DNA from: a virus
Strand: one strand, 5' to 3'
Virus record (IMG/VR): IMGVR_UViG_3300045988_160012
Length of the DNA: 64,000 nt
Positions 34,323-44,264 of the stretch are shown one piece after another. Each line of letters opens with the position of its first letter. Positions within the stretch are counted from its first letter, which is position 1. Made by a program: the position numbers and the translations under genes. The notes below the pieces were generated by a model that saw only the letters and a program-made list of their open reading frames with translations, ran no database searches and was not told the DNA's origin.

Positions 34323-36495
34323 ATGATTTTGCAGCTTCTTTTTCTTCTGGAGTCATATTTAAGAAAGTTGATTTACACCATCCTAAAAATTCATTTTCTT
34401 CTCTAGTTAATAAACTGCCTGTCCATTTGTAATTACCATATCGTAAAACAGATTGTGCTACTCCTCTTAACTTCTTCCAATATTTATAATAAAAGAGTTT
34501 AAGCTTTGTCATATATCCCACAGAATCTTCTATTACAAATCCCTCTATATCATTACCTTTGTATTTATATCCTTCTGCTGTTACTTCATTGTACCAAGCA
34601 TAAAAATCTTCCCATGATTCAATTACAAATGCCTTTTCTTTTACCTTGATACCTAATTTAGTTGCTAATTGGAATAATTCATCATAAGGCAATTTCTCAA
34701 ACTTCATTTGATTTTTCACTACATCCAATAAAACAACTTTACTTTCTGGATATTCAATAATATGTGGGTCATTTTCCATATCACAACATTCAAAAACAAA
34801 TGATACATTATTCTCTTTGATATAATCTTTAATTTTATTCATGGTATCAGTTCCATAAAAGCGATATAAAGCCTGTCTTAAATATTCAGAAAAGCAGCCT
34901 GTAGGTGTTGATTTACTTGTAATCAGCAAATCATCTGATTCTGGATTCCAACCAACAATACCCAAAAATCCATTCTCTTTTACATAAGCTGTAACTGGAA
35001 AATGTAATTTATATTTAAGATTTCCAATTCTAGTTTCAGGTCTTTCATTAATATTAAAGAACTTATCGTATGCTCTGGCTACGATTTTATAATCCTGTGT
35101 ATCAATATAAAGTCCTCTAGCTTTATTCGTAATGGAATCCCATACACCATTTTCAAAAGCCTGTCTTGTGAAATTAAAAGAAGATACTCTACCAAATTCT
35201 TTTTCAAAAATATATTTGTTCTGTCTTAATTCTGAAACAAAAGAATATACATCAACATCTACATTTTCTGCCATTTCTGATTCTTCAATCTGTTTTGTTG
35301 GTTCTTTAAAAACAGTATTCTGGATTTCAATAGGATGTAATTTATCTTCAGTAATCTGAAGAACCCTTAGACATCCACCAAATTCAATTTCACCTTCTAA
35401 GTTAAAAGTTCTTTCGGTTGTCTGCATAGGTGATTTAACAATATTTCTATGACCATGAATCTGATACATATTATGCGGTGTATTGTCAACAAACGATTTA
35501 TCTACAATATCAGCATCCGCATATCTGCCAACACCTTTTATCATCTGTTCTGTTGCAACTTTTAACAAATTATCGTCAGGGAAATTGCTAATACCACCAT
35601 GCGTTACAATAAAAGTTTTTCCTCGATATATAAAATAGCAACACTGATTTAATCTTCGATAAAATTCTCGTACTCTTTTCTGAGATACACCAGCCTTTAC
35701 TAACTGTGGCTTTGTCACAAATTCAAATTCTTTTGAACGAGAAATCAGATTATTCGCCCACATCCATAACCATCTTTCATGATTACCTTCAAGAAAAATA
35801 ACATTTGGTAATTTACTTAACTCACACAGATAGTTTATTGTTTCTGCATTTTCAATACCTCTATCAATGTAATCTCCACAGAATATATAAAATTCATCTT
35901 CCTTAATATTTCCATTAGAATCCATATATTCTTTAAGAGCTGTATAACATCCATGAATATCACCAAAAACATGAATTTTGTTATACTGGGATAAATCCAT
36001 TGGACGATACCAGATTCTATCTAATTCCTCTGGTTTTAATACAGTAATGCCAGATGGAATCTGCTGGGTTTCAAAACGTGAATACATTTTATCAATAACT
36101 TCTTTAGGAACTCGTTTAAGTGTCTCTCTCTCTGCGTTTCTTCGCTTAGTTTCCTCAATTGGAATATCAGTCATATCAATACAGTAAATTCTATAACGAT
36201 AATTTTCAGCTAAATCTTTATACTGATTCATTTCAGATGTCTTTGAATTTGTAGCATCAATCACTGTAAATTCACCATTCTGCATACGTGTTTCCAATAT
36301 ACGAAACAATGTGTTCCATACAGTTTTTTCATTGTTTCCAGAGATAACACATTCTCCATTTATGTCTAATACTGGACTCTGACAAAGCAAACGAATATCA
36401 TCTGCTGATAAAGCATAAGGTTTTAATCCATGCTTTTCAATAAATGTACTTTTGCCACATCCAGCACTACCACGCATAAGCAACAATGCTCTCAT
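34252..36495 (-). CDS. pnkp: trifunctional polynucleotide kinase-phosphatase-ligase (bacterial Pnkp-like RNA repair enzyme)
   Basis: N-terminal P-loop kinase GSAGCGKST. Central calcineurin-like phosphoesterase (GDIHG, GDYIDRG, GNHE). C-terminal NTase/ligase-like domain with a lysine motif VKENG (KxDG/KxNG). Confidence 0.7.
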   Translation of the reverse strand: MRALLLMRGSAGCGKSTFIEKHGLKPYALSADDIRLLCQSPVLDINGECVISGNNEKTVWNTLFRILETRMQNGEFTVIDATNSKTSEMNQYKDLAENYRYRIYCIDMTDIPIEETKRRNAERETLKRVPKEVIDKMYSRFETQQIPSGITVLKPEELDRIWYRPMDLSQYNKIHVFGDIHGCYTALKEYMDSNGNIKEDEFYIFCGDYIDRGIENAETINYLCELSKLPNVIFLEGNHERWLWMWANNLISRSKEFEFVTKPQLVKAGVSQKRVREFYRRLNQCCYFIYRGKTFIVTHGGISNFPDDNLLKVATEQMIKGVGRYADADIVDKSFVDNTPHNMYQIHGHRNIVKSPMQTTERTFNLEGEIEFGGCLRVLQITEDKLHPIEIQNTVFKEPTKQIEESEMAENVDVDVYSFVSELRQNKYIFEKEFGRVSSFNFTRQAFENGVWDSITNKARGLYIDTQDYKIVARAYDKFFNINERPETRIGNLKYKLHFPVTAYVKENGFLGIVGWNPESDDLLITSKSTPTGCFSEYLRQALYRFYGTDTMNKIKDYIKENNVSFVFECCDMENDPHIIEYPESKVVLLDVVKNQMKFEKLPYDELFQLATKLGIKVKEKAFVIESWEDFYAWYNEVTAEGYKYKGNDIEGFVIEDSVGYMTKLKLFYYKYWKKLRGVAQSVLRYGNYKWTGSLLTREENEFLGWCKSTFLNMTPEEKEAAKSYADICNLRKKFYLWKAEQEEANV

Positions 36496-36521
36496 ATATA
36501 ACCTCCTTGTGATGTATAACC

Positions 36522-36992
36522 TTAATTGTTAAGTAATCTATCAACAACCTGATTGATTAATTTGCTGTCTGCCTTTCCTTTTAATTTCGGCATAATATTT
36601 TTCATAACCATCCCTTTAATCTTTGGACTGATTTTTACATTGACTCCTGTAAGCTCAATAAGTTCACTCTCAATATACTTTTCAAGCTCATTTTCAGTCA
36701 TTTGAGTAGGTAAATATTCACTTAAAATTCCAATTTTAAGTGTAGTAGAAGCATACAAATCAGTATTTTCCTTACCCTTTAAAGCGTCCTTCGTCTGATT
36801 GAGCTGCTTAACTTCTTTTTGAATTGCCTGAAGAATAACATCATTAGGAATATCTTCAGTAACATTGGTCGGATTCTTTTCTTTTACAATAGCTTTCGCT
36901 TTATCAACCACCATCTTTAATACATCTCTCTTTTCTGTATCTTTGTTCTTCATAGCAGTCTTAATCTCTTCTTTAATCTGTAAATATAACAT
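36522..36992 (-). CDS. GatB/YqeY-domain protein
   Basis: Overall YqeY-like pattern (MLYLQIKEEIKTAMKNKD..RD.LK..). Confidence 0.55.
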   Translation of the reverse strand: MLYLQIKEEIKTAMKNKDTEKRDVLKMVVDKAKAIVKEKNPTNVTEDIPNDVILQAIQKEVKQLNQTKDALKGKENTDLYASTTLKIGILSEYLPTQMTENELEKYIESELIELTGVNVKISPKIKGMVMKNIMPKLKGKADSKLINQVVDRLLNN

Positions 36993-37382
36993 TTACTCTC
37001 CTCCTTCAATTAACTTTGTTATCTGAGAAATCAAATTTAATACACCTGATTTATCTCCACTGAATAACTCACCAGTTGTTTTTATCTGGTATTCCCACTC
37101 ATCGGCATCTACTTTTTTAACTGGATAGCCACTATATACAACTGTACCAACTGGAATGATTCCCTCTGCTCTTGAGTTTGAATATTGATATGCTTTTGTT
37201 AATATTTTCAAATGTTTTTGACAACCATTTGCATAGAGTCTTGAATTAGTTTTATTAACAAATACATAAGCATATCTAAATCCTTCAGCATCTACAATAT
37301 ATTTGAATTTATTGACTATCAACAACACACCATCTTTTATTCGATATATGTCTTGATAATCACATTGGCAAACTACTTCCAT
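36993..37382 (-). CDS. hypothetical protein
   Basis: ORF. Confidence 0.3.
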   Translation of the reverse strand: MEVVCQCDYQDIYRIKDGVLLIVNKFKYIVDAEGFRYAYVFVNKTNSRLYANGCQKHLKILTKAYQYSNSRAEGIIPVGTVVYSGYPVKKVDADEWEYQIKTTGELFSGDKSGVLNLISQITKLIEGGE

Positions 37383-37903
37383 GCATCCTCCTTATATTTA
37401 GGGTGTACATAACACATAATATATCTGTTATCTTTTTCATAAATTCTTTTTACTACGCAAGATTTATATTCTGTACCCATCATTGCACTTGCATTTCCCA
37501 TCACAACTCCAATTTGATTGTTGATAACATCAACACTTATTACAATACCAACCTGACTTGGATAGGTATGTTCATATCCATTACTCTGCCAATCAAAATA
37601 AACAATATCTCCAATTTTAGGACGATAATATTTAGAAGAATATATTCTTGCTCCATTTTTCTTAAACAACTGCAATTGATGATAACAAGAACACTCTGTA
37701 GGAATATCTTTTTCTAATCCAGCATATAAAGCCATAACAGATACAAATATACAACCCCATGCATCTCTTCGCATAACCTTATATCCTCTCGGAATATTCT
37801 TTTGCGAATTATATTTATTTATCATTTCTAAATACATTCTGCTATCTTCATACATTCCTATATGCTTTTTAGTAAAATATATTAATCTGTCTACTTTACT
37901 CAT
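37373..37903 (-). CDS. CHAP/NlpC-P60-like cysteine peptidase domain protein
   Basis: Cys (WGCIFVS) then GDIVYFDW...QVGIV (Cys-His papain-like arrangement). Confidence 0.4.
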   Translation of the reverse strand: MSKVDRLIYFTKKHIGMYEDSRMYLEMINKYNSQKNIPRGYKVMRRDAWGCIFVSVMALYAGLEKDIPTECSCYHQLQLFKKNGARIYSSKYYRPKIGDIVYFDWQSNGYEHTYPSQVGIVISVDVINNQIGVVMGNASAMMGTEYKSCVVKRIYEKDNRYIMCYVHPKYKEDAWK

Positions 37904-38535
37904 TATCGTTTTACCTTATCATACACATCAAAATCAAATAGTAAGAACTTTCTACTTGCTAGATAATCACACATATGTACAAACTCTTCGATTCCAAGTT
38001 TGGGCTTTGGAAGAACAATACCTTTTGCATACGGAGCTGTGTTCCATTCACCCATATGCGAAGCGATACAACTGTGAACCAATGGAATAATCGCCTTCAT
38101 ATAATCCATATTCTCATTTGTCACATATTTGGCAGCAGTATTTTTAAACAAAGTTGCTGCTAACAATGGATGGTCAAATCGTGTACCATGCTTCGGAGTA
38201 TCATCAGGCTTCATACAATCATGTAAAATTAAAGCTGCATAAGCTACATCCTTATAAATCATGATTGTTTCGTAATCATCAGCTCCAACACCCAAAGCGA
38301 TATTCTTAAAAATATCAGTTTCAATCATGCTATGAGCGATTCCAACTGCTGCTCTAACGTGTCTAACTAAACCACCATCACCTAATGAATACACTGGATG
38401 ATACTTTCCAGAACTAGATGCTGGAATGGTTTGAATACATTCTGGAGAAGCATCCAATGTATCTACCACAATCTTTTTTAATGTCTCATCAGAAATATAT
38501 CCAATTTCTTTTGTAAATAACTCAGATGTTTTCAT
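37903..38535 (-). CDS. HD-domain phosphohydrolase
   Basis: ALILHDCMKPDD (HD dyad) and additional His/Asp. Confidence 0.5.
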   Translation of the reverse strand: MKTSELFTKEIGYISDETLKKIVVDTLDASPECIQTIPASSSGKYHPVYSLGDGGLVRHVRAAVGIAHSMIETDIFKNIALGVGADDYETIMIYKDVAYAALILHDCMKPDDTPKHGTRFDHPLLAATLFKNTAAKYVTNENMDYMKAIIPLVHSCIASHMGEWNTAPYAKGIVLPKPKLGIEEFVHMCDYLASRKFLLFDFDVYDKVKR

Positions 38536-38996
38536 AAGCTTTCCTTTCTATATCCTTTGTTGTTATCGTGTATAAATCTTAATGTGCCACATTTCGGACA
38601 AATTTTAATTCTCCCATGAATAGATGAGTTGTACCAATCTTTTTCTTCAGTAAGATAACCACAGGCAGCACATTGAATCTCGTTATCAGACTTATCGGCA
38701 ATACCTGAATTTCTTTTCTGTTGTTCTTCAAAGATTCTCGACTCATCTTTTGATAACCACTTAATCCATTTTCCGCAATCTCCACAATATAATCCTATTT
38801 GATTGCCATTTGCTTTTGTGAAAAGGTCTTTACTATTACATTTCGGGCAAACAAATTCTTTCATACCAACACCTCCTTTTGTCAAAATAGCCTTATATAA
38901 AATTGAACGAGAATTGCTTATTTTGAATTTAAAATTTTTAAGCAACTTCTTCTTTGTCAAATAATCAATCTTCCAATTATAACAATCCTCGTTCAA
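38532..38996 (-). CDS. zinc-ribbon protein
   Basis: Four CxxC pairs. Confidence 0.4.
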   Translation of the reverse strand: MNEDCYNWKIDYLTKKKLLKNFKFKISNSRSILYKAILTKGGVGMKEFVCPKCNSKDLFTKANGNQIGLYCGDCGKWIKWLSKDESRIFEEQQKRNSGIADKSDNEIQCAACGYLTEEKDWYNSSIHGRIKICPKCGTLRFIHDNNKGYRKESL

Positions 38997-39020
38997 TTTT
39001 TACTGAGAGTATTTAAGATA

Positions 39021-40169
39021 TTACTCTATTAATAATTGAATCTGCTTCTGCATTTCATGTATAACCTTATCAGTTATATCTGTTGTAATATTGTCTGGTA
39101 GAGTAATTCTTAACGACTTTACTGCTTCTTCATCAGACAATCCTATAGCTTTCAATACATGAGATGGCACTGAGGAATGTGAATTACAAGCTGAACCAGC
39201 GGATACATATATATCACACAAATCCAACAAGTATATCATTGCTTCCCCCATTACATTTTGATTAAAAGTAATATTGATATTATTGGGAAGTCTGTCAGTA
39301 TATTGACCATTAAGCTTGCAACCAATTTTATCTAACAATTCACCAATCATATAGTCTCTTTGTTTTATTGTTGTAAGATATTTTTTCTGTTTCATATCTA
39401 CAGAACATAATTCAACTGCTTTAGCAAATCCCATTATATAAGGAAGGTTCTCTGTTCCACCTCTTAATCCATTCATTTGACTACCGTAAATCAACGGACT
39501 GATTTTTACATCTTCTTTTTTATATAAGATACCAATTCCTTTTGGTGTACCAATCTTATGTCCACTGGCACTCAACATATCAATTTTAGATGCCTTCACA
39601 TCAATTGGAATATGACCAAAAGCTTGTACTGCATCAGTATGAAATATTGCTCCATATTTATGTACAGTTAAAGCAATATCGTGAATATGTTGAATTGTTC
39701 CAATTTCATTATTTGCATATTGAATAGACACTAAAATATCTTCTCCACTTTTCTGTGAAATCACATATTTTAAAGTATCTTCTAAAGCTCTTAAATCAAT
39801 ACAACCGTTTGTATCAACATCTATAAAGTGAACATCAACCCCAATACCATCCACACATGACAATATAGATTTATGTTCGATTACAGAAGTTATAACTGAA
39901 GGTATTCTACCCTTTCTCAAACGATTTTGTACAAAGCCCTGTATCGCCCAACAATTACTTTCGCTTCCACAACTGGTAAAATATACTTCATACATTTCTG
40001 AATTAAGGAAGTGTGCTACTGTTTCTTTTGCAGATTTTAATGCATTAGCAGCTTCTTGAGCTGGACTATATAAAGATGATGGATTATACCACATATCCAT
40101 ATAAGAATAAATTGTATCTAAAACCTCTTTCTTTGGTTTAGTTGTTGCTGCTTCATCCAGATATATCAC
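39021..40169 (-). CDS. cysteine desulfurase (class V aminotransferase, IscS/NifS/DndA-like)
   Basis: MIYLDEAATTKP start; PLP-lysine region SASGHKIGTPKGIGILY; active-site Cys region SAGSACNSH. Confidence 0.8.
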   Translation of the reverse strand: MIYLDEAATTKPKKEVLDTIYSYMDMWYNPSSLYSPAQEAANALKSAKETVAHFLNSEMYEVYFTSCGSESNCWAIQGFVQNRLRKGRIPSVITSVIEHKSILSCVDGIGVDVHFIDVDTNGCIDLRALEDTLKYVISQKSGEDILVSIQYANNEIGTIQHIHDIALTVHKYGAIFHTDAVQAFGHIPIDVKASKIDMLSASGHKIGTPKGIGILYKKEDVKISPLIYGSQMNGLRGGTENLPYIMGFAKAVELCSVDMKQKKYLTTIKQRDYMIGELLDKIGCKLNGQYTDRLPNNINITFNQNVMGEAMIYLLDLCDIYVSAGSACNSHSSVPSHVLKAIGLSDEEAVKSLRITLPDNITTDITDKVIHEMQKQIQLLIE

Positions 40170-40178
40170 AATATCACC

Positions 40179-40670
40179 TCACTTAAAATTAATGTATTCT
40201 GTTGAACCATAACTGTTATCAATTTTTTTATATAAAACCAACTCCATTCCTTGTCTTGAAACATCGTCAGTTATAATACCTTCAAAATCATAACTGGTTA
40301 TACCATCTACATTATATAATTCATCCAATACAACTTCATGTATTGTATTTGGATAATTTTCATCCAACATTCTATTCAAAGTTACCAAAATAGTGTACGC
40401 TCTTTGTTCAGCAGAACCACCTTTATATGTAGCAATCTTCAATAAAAATTCATGGTCTATAAAATCCCAATCCATTGACATTCTATCTTGAAATTTGGTG
40501 TACCCATTATCATAATGTGTAACACTACTTTCATTATCATTTATAATAAGTGGTTCTGGTTCGAACTCTTTTACATTGGATTCCTTTAAATTTGAATGTG
40601 TTGTGCCACAAGAAGCCATAACCAACATCATAGATATTACTATGATACTGCTGACAAACCTTTTAATCAT
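40179..40670 (-). CDS. lipoprotein
   Basis: Signal peptide with lipobox MASCG. Confidence 0.4.
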   Translation of the reverse strand: MIKRFVSSIIVISMMLVMASCGTTHSNLKESNVKEFEPEPLIINDNESSVTHYDNGYTKFQDRMSMDWDFIDHEFLLKIATYKGGSAEQRAYTILVTLNRMLDENYPNTIHEVVLDELYNVDGITSYDFEGIITDDVSRQGMELVLYKKIDNSYGSTEYINFK

Positions 40671-40992
40671 CGACTACAAATCTCCAATCTTTAAAGAAAG
40701 TTGTTTTATCAGGATAGCTTACAAAAAATTTCTCATTCTGAGTTAATTGAATTTCATTTTTGTTTTCAAATATACGCACCCAACAATATTTGTCTTTCTG
40801 TATATTTGTAACAGGTTTATCCGTAATGCAAATTAACAAGACCTTTTCATGAGTAGTAACACTTCTTTCAAACCATCTATTTTGAAGAATCTGTCCATCA
40901 ACCTCTTTACTTCTTGTGCCAGATGCATACATAAATATCACAAATCCTATTTCTATAATGATAAAAACAACTATTCCAATCAATACCTTCAT
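40663..40992 (-). CDS. small membrane protein
   Basis: N-terminal TM helix. Confidence 0.3.
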   Translation of the reverse strand: MKVLIGIVVFIIIEIGFVIFMYASGTRSKEVDGQILQNRWFERSVTTHEKVLLICITDKPVTNIQKDKYCWVRIFENKNEIQLTQNEKFFVSYPDKTTFFKDWRFVVDD

Positions 40993-41002
40993 TTTTGCTC
41001 CT

Positions 41003-41491
41003 TTACTTTTCTAAAGACTCCATCATCTTTTTAATTGTTCTGGAAACATCTTTCTTCGCACCAGTAACCTTATTTAATTCATTCTGAAGGAACTGCTCAT
41101 TACTATTCAGATATTTCTGCTGACAACGGAGATATGCAAGTCTAATACCAAAGAAAAGATTAAATGTATCTCCATGACAAGACGCTTCAGAGCGAACATT
41201 ATTGACAGTTCTTACCTGTACCTTTCGTCCATTGGTTCTATAAAAACCAACTACTCCACCATTCTCACCAGCAATCTGTGTCCAAGGCAACCATCCCTTT
41301 ACCTTTTCAGGCTTCTCAAAGTATTCACTTACGACATCAATCGGAAGTGCTGCTACTGCAATTTTTGTTCTTGCATCTCTCATAACTACAGATGTCTCTG
41401 TAATGTTCGCTACCTCATATGTCATTCCAACCATTTTCATTTTATCGTACTCTTTTGTTAAAATAAGTCTGTCTCCTCTTAAAATATCCAT
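41003..41491 (-). CDS. hypothetical protein
   Basis: ORF. Confidence 0.3.
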   Translation of the reverse strand: MDILRGDRLILTKEYDKMKMVGMTYEVANITETSVVMRDARTKIAVAALPIDVVSEYFEKPEKVKGWLPWTQIAGENGGVVGFYRTNGRKVQVRTVNNVRSEASCHGDTFNLFFGIRLAYLRCQQKYLNSNEQFLQNELNKVTGAKKDVSRTIKKMMESLEK

Positions 41492-41509
41492 ATCATTACC
41501 TCTTCTTTC

Positions 41510-42283
41510 TTATTTTTTATCTTCAAGCCACTTGTTATCCAGATAATAGAATCCTATTACTACTGCAATTATTACAATAATCCAAACAATCCAGAATATC
41601 ACAAGTTCAACGCTTGATTCTAAATGGTCAATAGTTTCATCTATATTCAAACCATTATAAAATGGTGTATTGTTTGAAATTGTATTATCAGTCAGAACAG
41701 TATATATTGTTCCTGTATATTCTGTTCCAATACCATAATACTTATATCTTATATGACTTGATGTTTTTATTGTATCTATATAATCATCGTCTGGTAATTC
41801 TATTTTGCTACTGTCAAATACTACACCACAAAATGATACTTCATTACATTTTATATCTTCGCTACCAACTCTATCCCAAGTCCAATAAGTTTCTGTTCTA
41901 GTGTGAGTCTGCCTTGTTTTACCGCTTCCTGTTGTATAAGTTACTGTTCTGGTATGCATTGTGTATTTTTCTTTGATTTTTTCAACATACATATACGCTC
42001 CACCGATTTCAGGATAGGTAACTGTATCAACAGCTTTCAAATCACCATGAACAAATGCATTTCCTATATCAGTTCTCATACCATATGAGAACATTTCAGA
42101 ATTATTATCAATCTGTAATGCGGTATTGTATTTTTGATACTCATTCATCAAGTTATCACTTATTTTTCCATGAATCACAAAGCCAATAAGGGTCATTACA
42201 GCTATAATCGCAATGCTGAATAATACCTCTCTCTTTGTAATTTCAAAATCATGCCTTATTTTTCTATAACCGTAATAACCCAT
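41510..42283 (-). CDS. membrane protein (N- and C-terminal TM helices) partnered with LemA
   Basis: Hydrophobic termini; downstream of the LemA gene. Confidence 0.35.
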   Translation of the reverse strand: MGYYGYRKIRHDFEITKREVLFSIAIIAVMTLIGFVIHGKISDNLMNEYQKYNTALQIDNNSEMFSYGMRTDIGNAFVHGDLKAVDTVTYPEIGGAYMYVEKIKEKYTMHTRTVTYTTGSGKTRQTHTRTETYWTWDRVGSEDIKCNEVSFCGVVFDSSKIELPDDDYIDTIKTSSHIRYKYYGIGTEYTGTIYTVLTDNTISNNTPFYNGLNIDETIDHLESSVELVIFWIVWIIVIIAVVIGFYYLDNKWLEDKK

Positions 42284-42298
42284 TTTTGTCTACCTCAT

Positions 42299-42850
42299 TT
42301 AATCAAACAAATTTGTTGGTGCATCATCTGAAACATCAAAATCCAATTTCTGATAATCTCCTTTTTCATATCCCATTAGTCCAAGAATCTGCTTATTAGG
42401 AGAATGTTTTACATACGCATTATACTTCGTAACCCATGTATTATAATTTGTTCTCACATTGGCAATTTTATTTTCTGTTGTAGACAATTCATTCATAAGT
42501 TCCTTATAATTACTTGAACTCTGTAATTCTGGATATGCTTCAGCAACCGCTTTAATCTGAGTGGTAATCTCTGCTACTGCTGCATCACTCTTTGTTCCTC
42601 TGGAATCAACTACTGCCATCAAGGTGTCATATTCATGTTTATCGTAAGCCTTTACGCAATCTACCAGATTAGGAATCAAATCGGCTCTTCTCTTTTCCTG
42701 AATCTTGATTTCAGATTTAGCAGTTGTAATCTGTTCCTCATAAGAAATTGCTTTGTTCTGTACTCCCCAGAACCCAAATGTAAATGTTCCGATAATTGCT
42801 ACAATAATCGCCATAATAATCAATGGCAGCTTCCATGATTTAGTTTTCAT
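42299..42850 (-). CDS. lemA: LemA-family membrane protein
   Basis: N-terminal TM then KSEIKIQEKRRADLIPNLV...YDKHE, typical of LemA. Confidence 0.6.
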   Translation of the reverse strand: MKTKSWKLPLIIMAIIVAIIGTFTFGFWGVQNKAISYEEQITTAKSEIKIQEKRRADLIPNLVDCVKAYDKHEYDTLMAVVDSRGTKSDAAVAEITTQIKAVAEAYPELQSSSNYKELMNELSTTENKIANVRTNYNTWVTKYNAYVKHSPNKQILGLMGYEKGDYQKLDFDVSDDAPTNLFD

Positions 42851-42882
42851 ATAATCCTCCTTCGGTATATAACCTTATCAAT

Positions 42883-43176
42883 TTATTCTTCTTTATCTGT
42901 AAGTGGTTGGAATCCATCATGTGAATCACTTGCAAAGAATATTTCATAGCCATCTTTTTCTTTTCGGAATATAATTGCATCTATGCTTAATCCGTCATAT
43001 TCTGAGCAATTCAACAATGTAAATGATTCTAACCAACCCATAATAATTGGTTGTGCTTTTCTGTAATCTGGATAAATACCAGACATAGCATCTTCGCAAG
43101 GTACAACAACTATATCGTCCTTATATTTAGTAATTGCTATTACATTTTCATCTTTGAATCCGAACTTCTCAAACAT
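42883..43176 (-). CDS. hypothetical protein
   Basis: ORF. Confidence 0.3.
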   Translation of the reverse strand: MFEKFGFKDENVIAITKYKDDIVVVPCEDAMSGIYPDYRKAQPIIMGWLESFTLLNCSEYDGLSIDAIIFRKEKDGYEIFFASDSHDGFQPLTDKEE

Positions 43177-43190
43177 TGTCCTTCTCTTTC

Positions 43191-44090
43191 CTATTCAATC
43201 TTTACACCAATAAACTCAAGCACTTCTTTTAACCCCAACCCACCTTCTGACATAGGCTTCATACAATATTGCCATAATTTTGGATGAGTGATTTTTAGGC
43301 TTTGAAATCTATTCGGTTCTTTTTCAAGGTGACATCCATACATACAAAAGACGCATCCTGTTCTGTTACACTTTGTTGTCTGCCATTTTCCTTTATCATC
43401 CTGTATAATCTCTCCATATACAGGAGCATAAGGTAAATTATATTTCTTAATATATTCAAGAATATCTTGCTCTGTCCAAAATGATAGTGGTTGAGAAGTT
43501 GGTCGTTTTGTATCAAAAGCATTACATCCATGTACTTTCCATGCAGTTTTTCTTGCCTGACTCTCACAAGCCATAGTGCCGATTATTGGATGATTACCTG
43601 TTTCTTTTTCATATTTCTTTGCTGGCTTCTTTTTCATAACATTGCAACATTTATTACTAATAAGAAATGGAGCTTCTAATAAGAATTTCCATTTTTCACA
43701 ATTATAAATGCTTTTATTTCCATTCTTATCCAGCAATTCTCCATTTAATCTTTTTATCCGATATGTATATTTTCCTGTTGTTTCATGCCTTCTAGCTTCC
43801 TCAATAACCTGAGAGATTTCTTTACTTACAATCGGATAACCATATGTTTGAATTACTGTTTTGAAATTCATTTCAGGTCTTACCCATGTAACATTTTCAA
43901 CCGATTTTACAAACTCTCTCAACTCTGGATATTCAAGTCCTGTATCAACAAACACCGCTGGTGTATCTGGATAAAGCTTTCTAACCAAATGCAATAAAAC
44001 TGTGCTGTCCTTTCCTCCCGAAAAGGAAACATAAATTTGATTGTAAAAAGGAGTAAAGTTAATGGGTAAACAACCTAAAAGTAAGTTCAC
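43191..44090 (-). CDS. PAPS-reductase/DndC-like PP-loop ATP pyrophosphatase (body of gene; native 5' end currently inverted)
   Basis: YVSFSGGKDSTVLLHL (SGGxDS PP-loop) and a C-terminal Cys cluster CNRTGCVFCMYGC. The annotated start is a GTG with no RBS. Confidence 0.65.
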   Translation of the reverse strand: MNLLLGCLPINFTPFYNQIYVSFSGGKDSTVLLHLVRKLYPDTPAVFVDTGLEYPELREFVKSVENVTWVRPEMNFKTVIQTYGYPIVSKEISQVIEEARRHETTGKYTYRIKRLNGELLDKNGNKSIYNCEKWKFLLEAPFLISNKCCNVMKKKPAKKYEKETGNHPIIGTMACESQARKTAWKVHGCNAFDTKRPTSQPLSFWTEQDILEYIKKYNLPYAPVYGEIIQDDKGKWQTTKCNRTGCVFCMYGCHLEKEPNRFQSLKITHPKLWQYCMKPMSEGGLGLKEVLEFIGVKIE

Positions 44091-44200
44091 AAATGATGAT
44101 TTAAAAGTTATGCAAAGCTGGGATTTAGACCGTAAAATTGCAACTTCTCTTACAAGAATCGCTGAATTTTATGCCAAATATCCGCATAAAATTTATGTTT
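44027..44200. other. invertible DNA segment (12-bp perfect IRs aaacataaattt / aaatttatgttt) carrying RBS+ATG+45 N-terminal codons of the PP-loop gene in reverse orientation
   Basis: Plus-strand ORF AAAGGAG-N8-ATG (44062) encodes MGKQPKSKFTNDDLKVMQSWDLDRKIATSLTRIAEFYAKYPHKIYV. Inverting 44039-44188 joins it in frame to ...SFSGGKDSTVLL on the minus strand. Confidence 0.6.
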
Positions 44201-44264
44201 TAAGTGTTGTTAGATACAATATATAGTGTATTTATTTATATACTTATCCATATATTGTATTGCT

